Shown: positions 38,973-51,011, numbered from the stretch's first letter. The stretch: 64,000 nt of DNA from Podarcis filfolensis (GCA_964270895.1 OZ185436.1), one strand, 5' to 3'. Notes: generated by a model from the letters alone, not told the origin. A program made the numbers and translations.

Positions 38973-39879
38973 CCATAATCAGTGCTCTATAATAAATGCA
39001 CGGAAGTGTGATGGGAATAGGGTGCAACTAGTGTGAGGGCAACTCTTTCCTAGTCCGTTAGCTCCATTTAGCAACTGTCATAAAGCAGTAGAAGAAGAAA
39101 GCTTCTGGAGAGAAGCTGAGAAGCTGGGCTGTGGATGGGACTAAGGGGAGAGGTGGGGAGGAAGATATGACAGAGGTTTATAAAAAGTGGACACAGCAGT
39201 GTTTTCCCATCCAAAATTAGAGCTTGGGATCATCTGATAAAACTAATACGCATTAGATTCAGAGCAGAAATATACTACCACAACAGATAGTGTTGGCTCC
39301 TAGATGGCTTTAGAATCTCTATGGACCTTCGGTCTGCTCTGGCTGTGCTCTTTATATGTTCCTGATATGTCACTGAGAAAACAGTACCGTGACACAATGA
39401 CAAGGAAGACGTTGGGTGACACATGGAGACTAAGCAGACTAGAGCCTACACTAAATATGTAGTGATGCACCTTGAAACACTAAAGAAGGTTCCTCATGAA
39501 AGCCAACACAAGTGCTTTCAGAATGACGAGGCTTCCCTGAAACAATCAGCTCTTTTCTCCCATCTCAGCGCAGATCCTCCAACGTTTGCTTAGAGACTTT
39601 TGGTCTACAAGTCCCACCTCATGTCTACTTACCCAGGCATATGACAGCTGAAAAACACTGTTCCTGGCAACTTAGGGATCACTGGTTGAGAAGAACTTAC
39701 TTCTTATTTGTTTGTTTTGAAATGTTTTAAACATGCCACCCTGGGCTCCTTCAGGAGGAAGGGCAGATAATAAATCAAATGAGAAGTCATACTGTTCCCA
39801 CGCAAGAAATAAGTTCCTCATGCATATTTTTATTGGTGAGATATTGACACACTGGGCATAAAGACTGCTAAGCTGATAA

Positions 39880-40029
39880 TATACTCATACAGGTGCATAT
39901 ACACCTTGAGTATAACTATGCAGCTCTTGTCACCTCATCTCAGAAACAGTATTATAGAAATAGGAGAAATTGCAAAAAAGACCACAAATATATTAGGAAT
40001 ATAAAGCAGCAATCATACAAAGAAAGGTT

Positions 40030-40033
<4 letters not shown>
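39880..40033 (+). mobile_element. Old CR1 ORF2 fragment
   Basis: Translation HLEY...SYKERLG matches the CR1 ORF2 PHLEYCVQFW...YEERL region. Confidence 0.65.

Positions 40034-40064
<31 letters not shown>
40034..40064 (+). repeat. (AC)15 microsatellite
   Basis: Direct count. Confidence 0.95.
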
Positions 40065-40066
<2 letters not shown>

Positions 40067-40091
40067 TTTGCTAGTATTTAACCTGAATGTG

Positions 40092-40150
40092 CTATGGTCC
40101 GTGGGGTCACAAAGAGTCGGACATGACTAAACGACTAAACAACAACAACA
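40092..40150 (+). mobile_element. Extremely 5'-truncated Bov-B insertion (about 59 bp)
   Basis: tggtccgtggggtcacaaagagtcggacatgactaaacgactaaac(aac)n flanked by acctgaatgtg (40081-40091) / atctgaatgtg (40151-40161). Confidence 0.88.
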
Positions 40151-40733
40151 ATCTGAATGTGTACATGGAGGGAGTTCACTGTCATTTCTGCATTCATGTA
40201 GGTGGCTTTTACAGCACTAAATGGTTAAAAAGAAAAGCTGGTTTACATGTATGAACTGGTCTACACTGTCTGAAATCTTAAACTGCCAGAGGCTGGTAGA
40301 TGGATGGGAAGGAAAGTACCATGTGCTATTAAAACCTCTTGAAGCATTTGTGCATAGCTATAAATGGATTAATAGACTGGCTTAGAGCACCTTTTGAGCT
40401 TCCTAAATTGTTCCTGAAGACACTGAAACAGCAGAACTTTCCCTTTCCTTATCCTGCTCCATGTTTTGTTTTGTTTTTTTGTGTGAACCCAATCCAGATC
40501 CCCGGAAGAGAGCATGACCTTTAACCTAGATAACGGAACAGAAGTACAGCAGCCAGTCACTTAATATTATAGACAAGGCGATCTAATACATCCATTGATA
40601 CTGACGGGCAATTCCAGGAGACCAGGAGAGATTTTGAAAGCAAGTCCATCTATTAAATTTGTACCTGCCCACCCAATGTGAAATTCCTTTCATGTGCCTG
40701 TCAGTTCTTTGTAATTCAGTGAAATCAACCAAA

Positions 40734-40910
40734 NNNNNNNNNNNNNNNNNNNNNNNNNNNNNNNNNNNNNNNNNNNNNNNNNNNNNNNNNNNNNNNNNNN
40801 NNNNNNNNNNNNNNNNNNNNNNNNNNNNNNNNNNNNNNNNNNNNNNNNNNNNNNNNNNNNNNNNNNNNNNNNNNNNNNNNNNNNNNNNNNNNNNNNNNNN
40901 NNNNNNNNNN
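40734..40910. other. Assembly gap (177 N)
   Basis: Run of N. Confidence 0.99.
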
Positions 40911-42959
40911 AATTTAGTTCACAGGGTTTTTTTTCCTCACAGAAAAAAACTACTTAACATTCTCCTGAGCTATCATTAAGGAACAGTGCACTGTACACAA
41001 TGAGATTCAAAAGAACAGTGTTAAAAAAGAAAGGGGCGCCTGTAATAGATTTAACATGGGCGCAAGCTCCACACGCTCACTGCAAACACTTAGCAGCCAA
41101 TAGGGGTGACAGCATAACTGCACTGTCAATATTTTGCTCCAAAGTCAGCATCCATCCCTCCACAAGATTGCAAGTACTTCTCATTTAGGCAAGCACCTAG
41201 CTGATGTGTTAAAAGGAAAAGCAAACGACATTTTCCATGGAGGTGGAGAAGTAAGCATAATTATGATAAATCCAATCTAAGTCCCATGAGGTTGGCACTC
41301 CACTGATAGGATATACAAAGCAACAGATTAATTTTTGGCTGGGAACTGTTTGAGTTTTCAGAAAGTTGAAGGCACAGAACACACAAAACTGTTGACTCAC
41401 TTTAAGCTTCCTCCTCTCTCTCTCTCTCTCCCCCCCCCTTTAAAATGATACACAATTTCCCCTTATTAAACATGGGAGAAAAACAATGCTCTTATTATTT
41501 TCCATGTATCTTTTATTAAGCCACAAAGAAAACAAGAGTTTGGCCACATGTTTGTTTGCTTGAGCTACTCCCTTTCCCTTCTGATAAATAATCAAGCCGG
41601 CCATCCAGAAAAAACAAAACCAGTGAGCTGGGAAATCTGATGGTCATCCAATAGACTGAGATACCAAGAAAGGCAGCAGACCACTTTTCCCACAGTGGGT
41701 TTTGCTGGCCAGCACCTACACTGACATCTGAGTAAATAACTTTAGTCACTCTTTCCATCTTCCCTATGCAGTTAATCTTGCTGTTAAACAAATTGTCCCC
41801 GAGGCAGCTGCAAAATATTGTTGTTTTCCCCACTGCATACTTTGGAATATTGCAAAAAAAAAAAGAAAAAGAAAAAGAAAAAAAATAGAGTTTTTCCACA
41901 AGCATGCATATTCTTAAAACGTTTGTGGCACATGCAGTTGGTCAAAATATATGTTTCTGTTCTTAAAAGTCTTAACATGGAACAGACCTCATAGAGATTT
42001 TTGTTTTTTCCCCCAATAGCCTCTCTGAGGATGCTTATTCAGACTATACATTCTTCATGCCCTCTTGCGCTTCGTGGATATGACAACGACTGCTTCAAGT
42101 GATTGGACAAAAAGTTAGATATCTGTGTTGGTGGACTTTCCTGGACACAGTACAAATTCCAAACAAACAACGCAAACCCCCCCTCAAACCTACACAATTT
42201 ATTAAGCCACGTGAACAAAAAGGAGAGGCACGGAACATGTGTTACAGCACTAGCTACAGATATTAAGCAGCATTACCTCTGGATTGAGCCAGGTGTCATA
42301 AATATTACAGACCCTGAAAATCTGAAGCAAAATCTCTGGCTTTAAAGTTAACACCTATTTTTAAACACCAGTCTGCTCTCTTTTTCTTCCCTCAAATCTT
42401 CCTGTAGCACTAGAAGTCTAGACAGCAGTCATACCACAGAGATAACACCCATGCTCATCTCAGCAGCCTGATTTTTCTTTATCGTTTGATTTGTTCAAAT
42501 ATTAACAAACGGAAAGACAACCACAAGGGAAAGGCATTTCTAAAGATGCCTACCCTCCTCAAACTCCCTCCTGCCCCTCCCTTTCCTTGCTGCCATTCCT
42601 TCTAAACTTAAGCCAGTAACAGGACAACACACAGACAAAACACATCACAAACTTACACACGCTCTAAGCGAAAGCCGTCCCTCCTCAAACAACAGTCAGC
42701 ACAGGACTTCTTGAGAAATACATTTGAAAAACAGAGCATCCCAAAGGAGGGGGGGGGGGCGAGTTAGCAGAAGGCAGCTCCCATTTCGTCTTGTTTTCCT
42801 GCCCAACAAGGCAGTAAACAACGTGAATCATCTTATTTTGCTCTCAAGCCTCAGCAATTAAATTTTCCTAGAGCAAAAGAATGCCTCTGCAAGCGAGATA
42901 GCAAGTTAAAAGTTCACCATAGCTACATGTTGTACACCCCCCCCCTCGAGCATTTAAAC

Positions 42960-43203
42960 AGAAAATATGGAGAGTTTAACAGAGCACTCTTACTGTCTGT
43001 CTCTAGTTTGCCGTCTCCTTGCTGAAGATGTATTCTGGCTGTTTCTCTGAAGCAGGGGGTTGAAGAATGGTAAAAAGATGTTTGAATAAACAGGAAGTGC
43101 TGTGCAGCTGAAGCACACACTGAAGGGAAAACACACTGGAGCACTGCCCTTTGTAGGCAACAACGGGAGGCTTGCCTCCACAGTAGCAACGTCTGCTTTT
43201 ATG
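42960..43203 (-). promoter_or_regulatory. FOXP1: Putative FOXP1 internal promoter and alternative first exon (non-coding in this species)
   Basis: Minus-strand translation gives pieces LQCVFPS / VLQLHSTSCLFKHLF / FYHSSTP / ASEKQPEYIFSKET / RQTVR / KLSIFS across shifting frames. These are collinear with the alternative N-terminus of a human FOXP1 isoform (recalled as MFQCVFPSSVLQPHSTSCLFKHLFYHSATPASQKQPEPIYSKKTEIQRQTVRAPFAKLFIFS). A CATAAAA box lies at 43197-43203; candidate donors are ACA|gtaaga (exon end 42994) and TCT|gtttaa (exon end 42960). Confidence 0.75.
43085..43099 (+). promoter_or_regulatory. FOX:ETS composite motif AATAAACAGGAAGTG
   Basis: Forkhead site (ATAAACA) overlaps an ETS core (CAGGAAGT); read directly. 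Function is inferred. Confidence 0.6.
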
Positions 43204-46200
43204 AAATGACAAAGAAACCACAAGAATTTAAGCAATTCCTCCCCCCCCCCCCCAATCTGCAAAGCTGATAGATCAGCTGGAGCTTGCAGGTAATTTCAAA
43301 GTCGTGTTTAACACTCCAAAAAAATTATATTAATTCTACCTTATTAAAGCAGCTGGCTGACGTACAGAAATCATATATACATATACATATATATGTGTGT
43401 AAAACTCAACGAAACAGCAGCAAATGCATCTTAGCTATGCAGCTAGGCAAATTCTTTATTTGTACATAGTTTTGGAAAGCTTGTTTTTCACACTCTTTGT
43501 GGTACCCACGCGCTTATGTCAATAAATGTCTGTTAAGGTTGGCGAGACTTCACAGCAATTATTCAAATTCCTTCATAACATGCCCCCCCGGCCCATTTAA
43601 AATAAATTAGACTTTTGAATCTAAGATCTTAGCAGTGTGCATTCAATATGTTCCAGCAGATGCATTCTCTTTCTTGGTTTCCTTTCAGTCACTAAAACAA
43701 AGTACCTATTTAAGTCCAGATGACTAAGTAAACTCCCTTCCCTTCAACACCACCAGCCCTCTTCCCCCACCCTCAGCCTTAATTATCAAAAGTCATGTCT
43801 TTTGACATGGGGGGGGGCAGAGATACTGTCAATGTAAGTATACTGGGTTTCGTATTTACGAACAGCAGAACAACCATATTCAACAAACCATTTTTCTAAA
43901 GGAAAAAAAAGACAGGGAGGGAAAGAACAGGAACACCCCCCCCCCCATTTTTAAGAAAATGTATTGCTGTTGTGGCAATGTGCTACAACCACTGATATTT
44001 GTTATTTAGCACAAACTCTCGGACTGTCTGTCATTCTGGGTGCTAATGCTCAGCTAAAATAACTCATTGGGAGCTGTCAATGGGATGTTTACACAGGACG
44101 CAATCTTTTCTTCATACAAGGGGATTCCCCCCCCCCTTTTTTACACTGGAATTCATCTTCTTTTGATCTCACATTCAAAGCAACAGCAGCTTGATAGACA
44201 TGCAAGTCTGAAAGCAAATCCAGACGCTGAAGATAAACCGCCAGAGTATGACAGGCAGGAGCATCTAAAGCTTATAAAAATGAAGAGAACAGCATGTCGT
44301 CTGAGTATTACAATAGCAGAAATCAAGAGACATATTAGGTGGAACTGATCAGCCACAAAAACCGTTCAAAAGGCAGATCATAGAAACAGAAAGACTAGGC
44401 AAAGTGGTGGTGGGAGGAGAGAGAGAGAGAGAATGGGAAAGATCTGCTTTAAAGAGGCCTCACCTTCTCTCTAAGCACTACAAGCTTTCTGCTCCTGGCA
44501 TGCAAAGTGGAGGAAATTGAGGGTTTCTTGTAAAAAGCCTTTACTAACTCAGCAGTTCTCACCTTTAGCTCACCAGTTAATCTTTTAATTAGGCTTCTCA
44601 ATTATGTAGGCCAAACATTTTTTTATTATTATTAATTTTCTTCTTCTTTAAATGCACAGTATGTGTGTTGCTTCTCTTTCCTGCTGTAGGTGTTATGGGT
44701 TAGTTTATCTGTAGAAACTTAGGCTGAGATCCGATACACAGTTAAGCACGCTTTAGTGCCCACTGATTCTAGTGGGACTTAAGACACCGTTAAATATCTC
44801 TGGATTGCACCCCTTATACGGTAGCCATAATGAGACTGTAGTACTCATTAATTGTGAAATCGCTTGGAAATGCCACCCATTTATGTTTCCAGGCCCTTAA
44901 GAGCGCCACTTCTTCAAAATTGGTTGGCAATCTGATTAGCTGCTGGGTTCTCTCTCTACATTGTTAAAAGACTCTACTTTGTTATTGGATATTACTTAAA
45001 TTGAACTATCCCCGAGACAGTTAAATACCAGAGGAGAAAATGCTTATGTGGAAATGATCACTAAAACTTTCTTGAGGAAAATCCATACATTTTTAATTCC
45101 TCCCCCTTCTGTATAAGCCTCTTACTTTAATTGAAGTTGCTGAATATAATGAAAAAGTAATTCTCAAACAATTTTGTACTTAGAGATGTTTGTTAACAAA
45201 CACCGAATGAGCAGGCAGTGTTAGGTTAAAGGGCAGCAGAATTCCACATTATAATTTAGCCTGTGGTTATTTCTGATTAAGAACACCCTCCGGGACAGCA
45301 AAGGAAGATCTTCTTTTGCAGCAGGCATAGCTTTTAAAATTAGCCTCTTCTGCATAATAAACCAACAGAAAAACAGTGGATTCGAAGATGCACTGAAACA
45401 ATTTAAAGTGTTGCAATCAGTTACAATGTGCTTTCTGGGGTGGAAAGCTATATGAACCAAAAGACAGAGCAAAACCCACCTTTTTGAGCAGCTCGCGCCC
45501 CAATTGTAAATATTAAAAAGAAAAATGCATCCTGGATTCTAAAACTGTTATAAGAAAGTCACCTTCTGTCATGCTTATGTAGCTATCTAATGAGCTAAAG
45601 GCTGATTATTTATCTTTAAACTGTACTAGTTTAATCTTTTAAGGTCACCACTAATCTGCTTCAACCTTTTTTAAAAATAACAGCTTTCAAGACTTGCCGC
45701 TGGAACTCACTAAACCTGGAGGCTGAATGTCATTGGAAGCGAAGCCTTTACCTGAAGCAGCTAGCTGTGCAATGTAAACACTGAGCAAAAATTCTCTGGT
45801 AAACCAAGAGGCAAACTACAAAGTCTGCATGCTGAGAATGCAGTCCATAACAAGGCTAATCTTACACCATTCCAAAGAAATAAATAATTATCATGATCAC
45901 CATGCAAGGTGACTATCCTTATTTTCTCTAGCGTGTGACTGAGGTTAGATACTGTTCTTGGCAATAATAATTTTGCCTGAACCTCCAGTTGCATTTATTA
46001 AGAAGTGTACGCAAAAGAGTGGTGACCAGGCTGTATTCCCAAGGAGGTTTGTTATTACTTTTATTTTTACCCTCAGCCGTCTTGTGGACTTGAATGTCAC
46101 CATGGACCTTGAATGTGAAACAGCTTCAAGCTAATAGCTCTAATTGCTTGAAGATGTGCAGGCAGGTGAAACCTGATCTCCCCTGGCCACTGGAGAGACC

Positions 46201-46547
46201 AGGAACAACACAAGAATGTTTACATAGTGGGTTGAGTTTAATAGACAGTAGAGCTGGGTTTCAGACAGCTAGCAAAAATGCAGCTAATAGGTGACCTCTT
46301 AAATGTAGCCCCCCCTCCCTCTAGTAAAAAAAGGCCATTTTCATTTATTAAAAAGGGAACATGCTAAATGCCAAGGTTATCTGCCTGTCTGGATGCAGCC
46401 CAGGTTAAGATGCACCTGATGTGAAACTTTATCTCTGCAAAACACAAAAGACGTCTAACATGTCAGGGCTCAGTGAGATTCAAAGTGATGTCACATTAAT
46501 CGTGAACCGAATATTTTACAGGACTGGCCTTTCCAGATTGTCTAGAA

Positions 46548-46676
46548 CAGGGGGTAGCCAACGTGACAGCCTCCATATGTTGTTGGATTCCAGTCCCATA
46601 AGATCCACACAGTAGTGAGGGATAATGGTAGCTGAAGTCCAGCAACATCTGGTGGGCCAAGGGTTAGCCAAACCTG
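46548..46676. mobile_element. Degenerate hAT-type MITE
   Basis: cagggggtagccaac ... gggttagccaaacctg with internal atgttgttgga / tccagcaacat inverted arms, like 33515-33652. Confidence 0.6.
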
Positions 46677-46785
46677 GATGGATGGATAGACAGACAGACA
46701 GACAGACAGGCATATATATATAGCAAACAGCGCAACTGGAAACATCTGTGGAAAACAATGAACATATTAACCCTCCTCTGTGGAG

Positions 46786-48470
46786 TAATAATAATAATAA
46801 TAATAATAATTTTGTTATTTATACCCTGCCCATCTGGCTGGGTTTCCCCAGCCACTCTGGATGGCTTACAGAATGTATAAAACATAGTAAAATATAAAAC
46901 ATTAAAAACATCCCAATACAAGGCTGCCTTCATATGTCTGCTAAAAGTTATGTAGTTCTTTATCTCCTTGACATCTGAAGGTAAGGCGTTGCACAGAGAG
47001 AGTGCCACTACCGAGAAGGCCCTCTGCCTGGTTCCCTGTAAGTTCACTTCTTGCACTTCTTGCACTGAGTTCACTTCTTGCACTGAGGGAAGACCCTCAG
47101 AGGAGGACTTCAGTGTCCAGGCTAAATGATCGGGGTGGAGATGCTGCTTCAGGTGTACTGGGCTGAGGCCATTTAAAGCTTTAAAGTTTAGCGCCAACAC
47201 CTTGAACTGTGCTCAGAAACATACTGGGAGCCAGAGAAGATCATTTAGGACAGATGTTATGTGGTCTTGGCGGCCACTCCCAGTCACCAGTCTAGCTGCC
47301 ACATTCTGGATTAGTTGTTGTTTCTGAGTCACCTTCAAAGGTAGCCCCACAAAGAGCACATTGCAGTAGTCCAAGCGGGAGATAACTAGAGCATGCACCA
47401 CTCTGGTGAGACAGTCCACAGGCAGGTAGGATCTCAGCCTGCATACCTGATGGAGCTGGTATCCAGCTGCCCTAGACACAGAACTGACCTGTGCCTCCAT
47501 GGACAGCTCTGATTCAAAAATAACTCCCAGGCTGTGCACCTGGTCCTTTAGGGGCACAGTTATCCCATTCAGGACTAGGGAGTCCCGTCCCCCCCGCTGT
47601 CCCCCCAAAACATTACTTCTGTCTTGTCAGGATTCAACCTCAATCCTTTAGTCTCCAACCACCCGCAGACACTCACACAGAACATTCACTGCCTTCACTG
47701 GTTCTGATTTGAAAGCGAGATAGAGCTGGGTATCATCCATATACTGGTGAAGACCCAGCCCAACCCCCCTGATTATCTCTCCTAACAGCTTCATATAGAC
47801 ATTGAAAAGCATGGGGGAGAGCCCTGAGGCACCCCACAAGTGAGAGCCCAGGGGTCTGAACACTCATCTCTCAACACCACTTTCTGGACATGACCAAGGA
47901 AAAAGGAGCAGAACCACTATAAAACAGTGCCCCCAGCTTCCAACCCCTCTAGCCAGTCCAGAAGGATACCACGGTATCAAAAGCCGCTGAGAGATTCAGC
48001 AGAACTAGGAAACAGCTTTCACCTTTCTCCCTAGCCCACTGGGGATCATCAACCAGCGCGACCAAAGAAGTTTCAGTCCCATGATGACGCCTGAATGCAA
48101 ATTGGAAGGAATCCAAATGGTCTGCATCCTCCAGGTGTTCGTGGAGTTGTTCAGCAACCGCCTGTTCAATCACCTTGCCCAGGAATGGATGATTTGAGAC
48201 TGGACGATAGCTGGCAATAGTGGTTTAATAACTGCTTCTTTCAGTGTCCGGGAATTCTCCCTCAAAGAGGGAATCATTCACCACCTGGCGGAGCCCATCG
48301 CCCAGAGCTTTCCTGCTCACTTTTATGATCCAAGATGGGCAAGGATTGAGGAGACAGGTGGTCAGTTTCATTCATCCAACCGGCCTGTCCACATCCTCAG
48401 AAGTAACAGATTGGAATTGATCCCATGCAACTTGCCTAGACAGGACTCTAATGCTCTCCCGGTCTTGCTT
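46786..48470 (-). mobile_element. L2 LINE, 5'-truncated, degenerate ORF2 (RT domain), about 1.7 kb
   Basis: Minus translations Q.AFRRHHGTETSL, LLNLSAAFDTV, LSPMLFNVYM, HQYMDDTQLY (YADD box), LVISRLDYCN, RAFSVVALSLCNALP; multiple frameshifts; (TTA)n tail. Confidence 0.93.
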
Positions 48471-48637
48471 CCATGGTGGAGTCTACTTCTTTCCGAATCT
48501 GGTGCTTACTCCCAAGTAGCTGAGTAAAGACTGTGCAGGCTTGCACTGCAATCCTAAGCATTTTTACTCAGAACTAAGTCCTACTGAGTTCAATAGGATT
48601 TACTCTCTGGTATGTTCCTGATAATTCTCAGAGTTTC

Positions 48638-48675
<38 letters not shown>
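48638..48675 (+). repeat. (TAT)n microsatellite
   Basis: Direct observation, about 12 units. Confidence 0.9.
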
Positions 48676-48676
<1 letters not shown>

Positions 48677-49666
48677 TCATATTTTTCCCTGGCAGGGACT
48701 CAAGGAAGCTTACAGCTAAAATGTTACTTCATTCCATCTATCTCTTGAAGGTGTTGTACACAACCCCTTCCCTTACACATTTTTTCTTTACAACAATCCT
48801 GTGAGGATGGCTCAAGGTGACAGATGTACATGTGTATATGACATGTATGTGTGCAGCAGATCAAACATGGGAGAAGCTTCCTGATGTAGAATCTAATGTC
48901 TCCATTTTCATCTGACAAATGTTGGAGGGTATGTGATTTTGACACACAGGTTTGCTTCCATGATGTCTAGTTTGGCCTAGAGGACAGCAGAATCTGGGCT
49001 GCAGGAAAATAAAACCACTTTCCAAGAAGCAGCAGGGCACTAAAATGTATTTGAACAGGTCATTTCACAATCTGTATGACAGAAAACAAAATGGGGGTGG
49101 GGTGGGGTGGAGGAAGGTAGTTCAACTTCTGCCAGAGGTCAAAGCACAAAAAGGTGTTTACCAAGAGGTGTAGTCTTGAAAGTAAACACTCTAGGTCAGC
49201 AATATACAAAGACTTAATAGCTTTGAATTTTTTTTGCAAAATCCTAAAGCAAGCCTTACATGGCTTGAAACTTGCTGGGAGCTCTGCTATATGTTACAAA
49301 TTTGTCGCACTTAACAAAAAGGAAAGGGAGACATTTATAGGGATTCTGGGTTCTTGCTTGAAAAACCAGAAAGGTAAGGAGGAACAGAGACACTGAAGAA
49401 AATGTAGGAAGGGGTTACTTCTAGCAAGGAAAACAAAGGTGGAATAGATCGTATAATAGGAGTTTAGCAACACTACAAAAAAATGAGGAAACGATGGCCT
49501 GAAATATTTTTAGATAAAACAACAGTATCAGTGTAGAAAGTTAATCATCAACCAACCAGCCAACCAACCAACCAACCAAAAAACAAATGGAAATGCATAG
49601 TAAAAAAGAATCCTATGAATAAACAAAATCAAAACACGTTATTAAAAGAAATGTGCAGTTTTGCAA

Positions 49667-49866
49667 NNNNNNNNNNNNNNNNNNNNNNNNNNNNNNNNNN
49701 NNNNNNNNNNNNNNNNNNNNNNNNNNNNNNNNNNNNNNNNNNNNNNNNNNNNNNNNNNNNNNNNNNNNNNNNNNNNNNNNNNNNNNNNNNNNNNNNNNNN
49801 NNNNNNNNNNNNNNNNNNNNNNNNNNNNNNNNNNNNNNNNNNNNNNNNNNNNNNNNNNNNNNNNNN
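49667..49866. other. Assembly gap (about 200 N)
   Basis: Run of N. Confidence 0.98.
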
Positions 49867-50239
49867 TGTGGAAAAGGCAGGGACGTAGAGGGGAGGGGAG
49901 CACGTTTCTTATTAAACCTGGCAAAAAAGAGAGGCAGCAGCATGCGCTTTTCAATTAATTACAGTGAGATGTAATGATTAATCACATTTGTACATGATCC
50001 ACTGGATGCGCCCTAACAGAGGCAGCACACAAGTGTAAGCTTCCCAAGGAAGTGGTCCAAACGGCAGCTATACTGCCACGATAAGCCCTTTGGGAACTGG
50101 GGAAAAGGAAAGAACCAGGGCAATTCTTTTTGCAACATTCAGATCAAGAACAGAGGAGCCAAGAGGCCTCCTCTGCTTTACCCAGACAAGCAACAACAGG
50201 GGGGGAAACAACCCACCTTTTTTAGGTTAGGAGTTAGAA

Positions 50240-50470
50240 AATAACTCACATGACTCTTATTTATTTCTCTTTCATAATCCCTCCAAGGAGCTCAGGTGAC
50301 ATGAATGAAGGTTGTATTTTACAGACTACTTTTCTCACAACTATTCTGCTAGGAACATGAGGCGGAGAGTGTGGTTAGACCAATGCCATCAAGGAAGCTT
50401 TGTAGCTGAGAAAGGATCTGAACCCACATCTCCCTGGTCCAGGTCCAACAACAAACAACTACACCACATT
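50240..50470 (-). mobile_element. Old Squam3-type SINE
   Basis: ccaaggagctcagg...gaagctttgtagctgagaaaggatctgaaccc...ctggtccaggtccaac...actacaccacattg is the reverse complement of a tRNA-derived head and body. Confidence 0.55.
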
Positions 50471-51011
50471 GAAACTTACGAGGGGCTTACACCTCCTCAA
50501 CTTTTCAGTGCCAAACATCAATGGCAGATCCCTGACTCTTTTTTTTTTTGTCTTTTCCGCTTTCAGGGCTGTTACCTTGAGAGTATTTGCAATGTGACAA
50601 CGTCAAATCTATCCAGGGCATCATTCTGGACATAAGTTGTGTTGACAGATTACGTTCATATATCTTAACCTTAGGCTTCCCTGCAAGGAGATCTTTGAAA
50701 AAAGGTTGTTCGCCTCTGCAAAAGATCCCACTAGCACAGTGCTGTCATGTGAAGGTAAGAGGAGTATGCCAAATAATCTAACACCCAGATTTAAATATGA
50801 TTTAACCAAATCTATATATAATTTAAATATTCATTAGTTTGATTTGATTCATATGCACCCTAATATTGTCTAATGCTCCAAGGTGGGTTATAAATGCACC
50901 TTGTGAGGTTTTATTCAATTGGCAATCTTATATATGTCTCATCACAGGCAACACGTTCTCCCGTATTATTCAAGAAATGAACAAATCTGTTTTTCCACAA
51001 ATGTATTTTAG

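Noticed and set aside
42923-43262. ORFs resembling a mitochondrial-targeting or novel N-terminus
   Set aside because: They start at TTG/GTG-type codons, there is no ATG in the segment, and homology to the human alternative exon switches between frames.
44173-44264. Possible cassette exon on minus (ctttag|ATGCTCC...TTGAAT|gtgaga)
   Set aside because: It is 92 nt, has a stop in the phase-0 frame, a weak donor and no recognisable homology. It cannot be supported without RNA data.
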